Below are positions 58,207 to 64,000 of a stretch of DNA of 64,000 bases, piece after piece; position 1 is the stretch's first letter, and each line of letters begins with the position of its first letter. The position numbers were made by a program, and so were the translations under genes. The stretch is taken from NCBI GenBank assembly GCA_023246355.1, contig JAHFIQ010000001.1:81887-145886 (forward strand). Reading direction: 5' to 3'. The notes beneath the pieces are model-generated. The model did no database searches. It was not told the origin of the DNA and worked only from the letters and a program-made list of their open reading frames with translations. This stretch comes from Candidatus Uhrbacteria bacterium. GTDB lineage: Bacteria; Patescibacteriota; Patescibacteriia; UBA9934; GWF2-40-263.

Positions 58207-58662
58207 TTACTTTGATTTGTAAGCTTGGATGGCTTGAACGACTTTGGAATCACTCTTCATGTCTTCGACAAATAAGACGTGCTCAACATTGATCTCCATC
58301 CGGTCCTCTGGGCCATGCGCTTCAGCACCAAGTTTTGTGAGTGCCAAGTTCGCATTTTCCGTAACAGAGACCCCTGTTTGAAGATAGAACACATCGGTGA
58401 GTGTGAAGAAGTCATCGTCTGACTCATCGAGCTTGCCGAAGTAGACCTGACCGTTGTCCAAAAAAACGGCCTGGTACTCACCTGAGGTGATCGGCGTGCT
58501 TGTTTCTCCCTCTCCTTTGCCCCAAAAATACCACGCACCAAAACCGATGGCCAACAGGACAAGGACGATTACCCACACCCAGCCACTGCTCTTCTTCCCT
58601 TCTGTGGAAGAAGGCGGTCTGGCACCAATCGGACCACGAGTCATTTTCGATTCAATCGCCAT
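58207..58662 (-). CDS. Hypothetical membrane-anchored protein
   Basis: 151 aa. N-terminal TM (WVWVIVLVLLAIGFGAWYFW) and a C-terminal soluble domain. Confidence 0.45.
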   Translation of the reverse strand: MAIESKMTRGPIGARPPSSTEGKKSSGWVWVIVLVLLAIGFGAWYFWGKGEGETSTPITSGEYQAVFLDNGQVYFGKLDESDDDFFTLTDVFYLQTGVSVTENANLALTKLGAEAHGPEDRMEINVEHVLFVEDMKSDSKVVQAIQAYKSK

Positions 58663-58748
58663 AGTGAAAATAGCTAAATACGCTGCTCATCTTACCTGAA
58701 AGTAAGAAAAAGCAACAAGGCTTAGGTTGTGGGTAACATGGGGCTAAT

Positions 58749-58878
58749 CGGGACTGTTCCCAAATGAGCGATCTTGGCTTTCACGGGGCCCCGCGACCAC
58801 CTCAATGTAGGATTTACCTACATCTCGGCGGCTCGCTTCCCCGTTCAAGCCAATCTCATCTCATTTGGGAACAGTCCC
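58749..58878. repeat. Long-hairpin intergenic repeat element, copy 6
   Basis: Perfect terminal stems gggactgttcccaaatgag / ctcatttgggaacagtccc, with compensatory changes relative to the other copies. Core cacggggccccgcgaccacctcaatgtag. Confidence 0.75.
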
Positions 58879-58885
58879 AATCAAA

Positions 58886-58918
58886 AGACGGGACTCCTTT
58901 GAATCCCGTCTTTTTTTG
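58886..58918. terminator. Bidirectional rho-independent terminator downstream of the giant repeat gene
   Basis: Stem agacggga/tcccgtct followed by T7 on the plus strand, and by TTTTGATT on the minus strand. Confidence 0.5.
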
Positions 58919-58924
58919 CTTGCT

Positions 58925-61900
58925 TTACAGAGCGGCCTCAGCGGCTGGCTCCTCAGCAGGAGCTTCCTCAGAAGAGGTTGCCTCTTCCTCGGTTGCCTCA
59001 GGAGCTGGAGCCGACACCCCGTTCACGTCCGTCACTGATACGGCTGTGCCTTCTGAGTTGTCGTCCGAAACGGTCACTTGCGCATCTTCCACACCGATCG
59101 CAATCCAGTTGAACTCGACTTGAGCCTCTGAATTTGGTCGGTTGATGGTGAAGCCTGTTGTGTCCTCGTCTGAGATCCACGCGCCGTCAGCAGAATCTGA
59201 GTTGGAGCGTGAGGAGAAGGTCACAATTGGCAAGAAGTCGTATTCGGTTTCAAACGTCACACGCACCGAGCTCTTTCCAGAGGCGAGTCTCACGCGTCCG
59301 GCCATATCCTGAGATCCATAGAGATGCTCGGCGATGGTGACAGAACCGGAGAAGTTGCCATCAGACACTGAGACGCTCGAGCTGTCGGAAGAAGAGTCAG
59401 AGATGCTGACACCAGAGTCTGGTTGGTACCAAGTATTCACGACCTGGACCATAACTTGACCTTCACTGCCACTAAAGCTTGAGAGGGCCATACCGATCAC
59501 GCGTCCAGCCTCCGTGGCCTTCATACCTTTTCCTGCAGTCGATGATGTCGTGATGAAGTCGCCTACAGCAATCGATCCGTTTTCGTCTGTCACGTTCACT
59601 GGGACACGTCCCACAAGGGCAATTGGCATTGGATTGTCACTGTCAGCGATGTTGTACCCAGCGGATGTTCCGTCTTCATAGTTATCAGACACGATACCGG
59701 ATACCGGACCCTGATAGGTCTCAGATGACTTAACGAGCTGTACGATCGAGTCTCCTTGTTTTGTGGTAACCGATTGCGATCCAGGAACCACGATGTCTCC
59801 ATACGTGACCCCTTCGGCAACCGGGTACATTTCAGCAAAGTCAGCTTGACCGGCGTTAGAACAGTCCACAACGGTGGAGTTATTCAGAGCAATTCCATCT
59901 CCACCACCTGTATTTGCACACAGACGCTGCGTACTTGTGTTCGCTGGTGCGTCAATGATGAGAAAATCATTAATTTGCACTGTTGCGTGTGTAACCGAGT
60001 CAATGACAGGTCCAGCAGCACCGTCTAGGTCAAAGCGTACATCCGTTGTTGTTCCGCCAGTACCCTGGAATGAAAGCTCTGCGTTGATAGAATTTGAGAT
60101 GTATTCAGCGTTTTGGAACTCAATGTCCTCGTCCCAAACGTCTCCATTGTCAATCTTGATGGCCTTTGTGGTGTCAGTGTCATCTGTTCCAGTAAGAGTC
60201 AGGTAAAGCCCTGTGGCGACGTCTCCTGAGCCCGTTCCATTTGTGGCTAAGCTTATAGAGATTCCAGAGTTCGTCACGTTTGCACCGTCTCCAATCGTGT
60301 AGGACAGGTTCAGAGCATCTACTCCACGCGTGATCGAGCTTCCTGTGACACTTAAGTTTATGGCGTCTGTGGTGATGGTACCTGTTGAGCTAACATCGAG
60401 GACCTTCGATCCAGTGGCGTTCGTCTTGATGTCGAAGATGTCACCAGTAGAATTTGCATTGCTTACGTTCAAGTCAATCATGTTGGCTGTGAAGACACCA
60501 GTACCAGTTGCAGCCAGGAGCCAACCTGTGTTGGGAGCGTCAGCGGCTGAGAGACCAGCATCAAGAGCTCCAGCAGCATTCACGACAATGGCTTGGACGT
60601 CATCGTTGGCAGAGTCACCGATGTTGAGGTCGATGATGTTGGTGGTGGAGTTACCTGTTCCTGTATCGACATCGAAGAGGTTACCTGTGAAGGCAGAGTT
60701 GTTGGAAGACTTCACAGAGAAGGCCTCACCAGTGGAAGCACCAGAGAAGTCGACATCGATAATGTTTCCAGAACCTGTGCTAGAAGAGTTCAAGTCAATC
60801 ATGTTGGCGGTGAAGACACCAGTACCAGTTGCAGCCAGAAGCCAACCAGTGTTGGCAGCGTCAGCGGCTGAGAGACCAGCGTCCAGAGCACCATCCGCGT
60901 TAATCACAATCGCTTGAACATCATCGTTGGCGGAATCTTCAATGAACAGGTCCACGAGGTTTGCTGTGGCATTTCCTGTACCAGTATCCATGTCAATGAT
61001 ATTGCCTGTGTAGGCATTGTTGGTAGAGGAGTCAAAGCTGAAGCCCTTACCAGTTACGCTTGCAGTGAAGTCGATATCAATGACGTCACCCGAGGCAGCG
61101 CTATTGACATTCAAGTCAATCATGTTTGCCGTGAAGGAACCAGTACCTGTGGCAGCAATGAGCCAACCAGTGTTAGCAGCGTTTGCAGCAGAGAGACCAG
61201 CGTCCAGAGCTCCAGCAGCATTCACGACAATGGCTTGGACGTCATCGTTGGCAGAGTCACCGATGTTCAGATCGATGATGTTGGTGGTGGAGTTTCCTGT
61301 TCCTGTATCGACATCGAAGAGGTTACCTGTGAAGGCAGAGTTGTTGGAAGACTTCACAGAGAAGGCCTCACCAGTGGAAGCACCAGAGAAGTCGACATCG
61401 ATAATGTTTCCAGAACCTGTGCTAGAAGAGTTCAAGTCAATCATGTTGGCGGTGAAGACACCAGTACCAGTTGCAGCCAGGAGCCAACCCGTGTTGGCAG
61501 CGTCAGCAGCTGAGAGACCAGCGTCCAGAGCTCCAGCAGCGTTTATCACAATCGCTTGAACGTCATCGTTAGCGGAATCCTCGATGTTGAGGTCGATGAG
61601 GTTTGAGGTAGAGTTCCCCGTTCCTGTATCAACGTCGATGATGTTGCCTGTGTAGGCAGAGTCTAGCGTGGAGTCAACCTTGATGGCGTTACCAACGACT
61701 GCAGCAGCAAGATCGATATCAAAGACGTTTTCATCGGTGATGTTTTGAACGTTGATATCCATCATTGGAGCAGAAGCCGTCGCGTCAGCCTGGTCATCCA
61801 ATCGGAACAGGGACGTGGAAGAACGGTCAGCATCAGAATCGATGTAGAAGAGATGGCCGGTAGCAGCCTGAGCATCGTTATCAATGAAGATCCCATGACC

Positions 61901-64000
61901 GGTAGAAGTACCTGTAAGGGCAATGTCGATGATGTTTCCAGAAGAAGTCGAAGAAGAATTGAGATCAATCATGTCAGCAGTAAAGGCACCAGAACCTGTA
62001 GCAGCAATGAGCCAACCGGTTCCACTTGCAGGAGCCGCAGCGTCCAGAGCTCCAGCAGCATTCACGACAATGGCTTGGACGTCATCGTTACCAGAGTCAC
62101 CGATGTTGAGGTCGATGATGTTGGTGGTGGAGTTACCTGTTCCTGTATCGACATCGAAGAGGTTACCTGTGAAGGCAGAGTTGTTGGATGACTTCACAGA
62201 GAAGGCCTCACCAGTGGAAGCACCAGAGAAGTCGACATCGATAATGTTTCCAGAACCTGTGCTAGAAGAGTTCAAGTCAATCATGTTGGCGGTGAAGACA
62301 CCAGTACCAGTTGCAGCCAGGAGCCAACCCGTGTTGGCAGCGTCAGCAGCTGAGAGACCAGCGTCCAGAGCTCCAGCAGCGTTTATCACAATCGCTTGAA
62401 CGTCATCGTTAGCGGAATCCTCGATGTTGAGGTCGATGAGGTTTGAGGTAGAGTTCCCCGTTCCTGTATCAACGTCGATGATGTTGCCTGTGTAGGCAGA
62501 GTCATTGGTGGAGTCAAAGGTGAAGGCTTCACCAGATGAGGCACCTGTGACGTTTACGTCAATGATGTTTCCAGCACCGGTTGAGGTGTTGTTGAGATCA
62601 AGAAGGTTGCTTGAGAAGGCGGCAGAGACGGTGAGGTCAATCAAGTTCTCTGTTCCAAGAGCGCCTGTGATGTTCGCATCAAGAAGTCCACCACGAGTCT
62701 CAGCGGAATCCCACTGAATAGATGGGACAGTACCTGTGGTGTTGTTCTCCGTGATCTGGATAGCAGCGGCCGTGCGTACACCAGCTGAGGTGGTGGTCAC
62801 GAAGGCCTGTGTCCCAACAGAGGTTGCACCCAAGGCAATGTTGATGACGTCCCCAGTGGCAGCACCACTTGTGTTCAGATCAAGCATGTTGGTTGTGAAG
62901 GCACCGGTACCTGTGGCAGCCAGGAGCCAACCCGTGTTGGCAGCGTCAGCAGCTGAGAGACCAGCGTCCAGAGCTCCAGCAGCGTTTATCACAATCGCTT
63001 GAACGTCATCGTTAGCGGAATCCTCGATGTTGAGGTCGATGAGGTTTGAGGTAGAGTTCCCCGTTCCTGTATCAACGTCGATGATGTTGCCTGTGTAGGC
63101 AGAGTCATTGGTGGAGTCAAAGGTGAAGGCTTCACCAGATGAGGCACCTGTGACGTTTACGTCAATGATGTTTCCAGCACCGGTTGAGGTGTTGTTGAGA
63201 TCAAGAAGGTTGCTTGAGAAGGCGGCAGAGACGGTGAGGTCAATCAAGTTCTCTGTTCCAAGAGCGCCTGTGATGTTCGCATCAAGAAGTCCACCACGAG
63301 TCTCAGCGGAATCCCACTGAATAGATGGGACAGTACCTGTGGTGTTGTTCTCCGTGATCTGGATAGCAGCGGCCGTGCGTACACCAGCTGAGGTGGTGGT
63401 CACGAAGGCCTGAGCGCCAACGGCTGCAGCACCCATAGAGACGTTCACCGCATCACCTGTGTCAGCAATGTTGCCGAAGTTGAGATCAATCAGGTTTCCA
63501 GAAGAAGCAGCCGTAGCGGTGGTCACGTCAATCACGTTGCCTGTGAAGGCAGCGGTGGTATCAACGTCAATGCCTGTTCCTGTGAAGGCACCCGTTGCAT
63601 TGATCTCAGCGATCCATCCATCTACCGTCGAAGCGGCAGCGTTATCGATCACTAACGATTGTGTGGCAACCGCAAGAGCAGGGTTGTTGATGTTGATGAC
63701 GTCCCCTGTTGCAGCAGCGTTACCAAAGTTGAAGTCCATGACGTTCCCCGTCCAGGCCTGAGCGCCGGTTGTAAAATCAATGGCGTTCGATGTCCATGCG
63801 GCGGACGTGTCTACATCCATGAGCCAGCCGGCTTGGTCGCTCTGTGAGGCGTTAGCGATCACAAAGGCTTGCACGTCATCATTGGTCGAGTCTTCGATGT
63901 TCAAATCGTAGACGTTTCCAGATGCGTTTCCTGTTCCTGTGTCAATGTCGTAAATGTTACCTGTCCATGCGGCATTGCCCGTGTCATCAAAATCATAAAT
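58925..64000 (-). CDS. Giant repetitive surface protein (more than 1690 aa; N-terminus beyond the window end) with near-identical tandem intragenic repeats
   Basis: The ORF is open to the window edge. Repeated 85-190-aa blocks (NIIDVDTGTGNSTSNLIDLNIEDSANDDVQAIVINAAGALDAGLSAADAANTGWLLAATGTG ...) recur three or more times at essentially 100% nucleotide identity. Acidic C-terminal tail. Confidence 0.75.
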   Translation of the reverse strand: MYDFDDTGNAAWTGNIYDIDTGTGNASGNVYDLNIEDSTNDDVQAFVIANASQSDQAGWLMDVDTSAAWTSNAIDFTTGAQAWTGNVMDFNFGNAAATGDVININNPALAVATQSLVIDNAAASTVDGWIAEINATGAFTGTGIDVDTTAAFTGNVIDVTTATAASSGNLIDLNFGNIADTGDAVNVSMGAAAVGAQAFVTTTSAGVRTAAAIQITENNTTGTVPSIQWDSAETRGGLLDANITGALGTENLIDLTVSAAFSSNLLDLNNTSTGAGNIIDVNVTGASSGEAFTFDSTNDSAYTGNIIDVDTGTGNSTSNLIDLNIEDSANDDVQAIVINAAGALDAGLSAADAANTGWLLAATGTGAFTTNMLDLNTSGAATGDVINIALGATSVGTQAFVTTTSAGVRTAAAIQITENNTTGTVPSIQWDSAETRGGLLDANITGALGTENLIDLTVSAAFSSNLLDLNNTSTGAGNIIDVNVTGASSGEAFTFDSTNDSAYTGNIIDVDTGTGNSTSNLIDLNIEDSANDDVQAIVINAAGALDAGLSAADAANTGWLLAATGTGVFTANMIDLNSSSTGSGNIIDVDFSGASTGEAFSVKSSNNSAFTGNLFDVDTGTGNSTTNIIDLNIGDSGNDDVQAIVVNAAGALDAAAPASGTGWLIAATGSGAFTADMIDLNSSSTSSGNIIDIALTGTSTGHGIFIDNDAQAATGHLFYIDSDADRSSTSLFRLDDQADATASAPMMDINVQNITDENVFDIDLAAAVVGNAIKVDSTLDSAYTGNIIDVDTGTGNSTSNLIDLNIEDSANDDVQAIVINAAGALDAGLSAADAANTGWLLAATGTGVFTANMIDLNSSSTGSGNIIDVDFSGASTGEAFSVKSSNNSAFTGNLFDVDTGTGNSTTNIIDLNIGDSANDDVQAIVVNAAGALDAGLSAANAANTGWLIAATGTGSFTANMIDLNVNSAASGDVIDIDFTASVTGKGFSFDSSTNNAYTGNIIDMDTGTGNATANLVDLFIEDSANDDVQAIVINADGALDAGLSAADAANTGWLLAATGTGVFTANMIDLNSSSTGSGNIIDVDFSGASTGEAFSVKSSNNSAFTGNLFDVDTGTGNSTTNIIDLNIGDSANDDVQAIVVNAAGALDAGLSAADAPNTGWLLAATGTGVFTANMIDLNVSNANSTGDIFDIKTNATGSKVLDVSSTGTITTDAINLSVTGSSITRGVDALNLSYTIGDGANVTNSGISISLATNGTGSGDVATGLYLTLTGTDDTDTTKAIKIDNGDVWDEDIEFQNAEYISNSINAELSFQGTGGTTTDVRFDLDGAAGPVIDSVTHATVQINDFLIIDAPANTSTQRLCANTGGGDGIALNNSTVVDCSNAGQADFAEMYPVAEGVTYGDIVVPGSQSVTTKQGDSIVQLVKSSETYQGPVSGIVSDNYEDGTSAGYNIADSDNPMPIALVGRVPVNVTDENGSIAVGDFITTSSTAGKGMKATEAGRVIGMALSSFSGSEGQVMVQVVNTWYQPDSGVSISDSSSDSSSVSVSDGNFSGSVTIAEHLYGSQDMAGRVRLASGKSSVRVTFETEYDFLPIVTFSSRSNSDSADGAWISDEDTTGFTINRPNSEAQVEFNWIAIGVEDAQVTVSDDNSEGTAVSVTDVNGVSAPAPEATEEEATSSEEAPAEEPAAEAAL

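Noticed and set aside
60330-63002. Plus-strand ORFs inside the giant repeat gene (60330..60917, 60914..61513, 61017..61559, 61923..62399, 62736..63002 and others)
   Set aside because: They are antisense to a long uninterrupted minus-strand ORF. Their near-identical sequences only mirror the tandem DNA repeats.

Overview
This 64-kb window is mostly minus-strand coded and about 50% GC. It reads like a small-genome bacterium, possibly a Patescibacteria/CPR-type organism; that lineage guess is inference from gene content, not a database hit.

Housekeeping genes present: radA, recG (interrupted by a 1-nt frameshift), serS, rsmA/ksgA, tsaC, a GalE-like epimerase, prfB, groES/groEL, yidC, nusA, yraN, argS, valS and an NrnA-like DHH phosphoesterase. 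Five tRNAs are encoded on the minus strand: Arg, two Ser, Val and Leu. prfB carries the classic programmed +1 frameshift site CTT TGA C, so UGA is a stop and the standard code applies.

Accessory and surface content:
- An operon of type IV secretion (T4SS)-like genes (VirB6-like, PrgI/VirB3-like, VirB4 ATPase, VirB8-like) ends in comFC. I see no coupling protein, relaxase or VirB11 in the window, which suggests a ComB-like DNA-uptake machine.
- Two tandem paralogous peptidoglycan hydrolases (M23 and M15) sit behind pilin-like two-helix N-termini.
- Two giant surface proteins: a 3242-aa Cys-rich acidic protein, and a more than 1690-aa protein built from near-identical tandem repeats.
- GC-rich (60-68%) islands encode lipoproteins, a PEGA-domain Ser/Thr kinase, an M23 peptidase and a MopE/FG-GAP repeat lipoprotein. 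A GC-rich VOC-family gene sits between two tRNAs.

Two dispersed repeat families stand out:
- Six copies of a ~130-bp long-hairpin element in 3' intergenic positions, whose terminal stems carry compensatory substitutions.
- Four copies of a ~40-50-bp GAGGTGGA-type mini-repeat. Three are inserted in-frame into radA, rsmA and nusA.

Other sites noted: a CIRCE operator upstream of groES, a perfect 26-bp palindrome abutting a sigma70-like promoter upstream of the NrnA-like gene, structured intergenic regions upstream of nusA and downstream of the bactofilin gene, and several rho-independent terminators.
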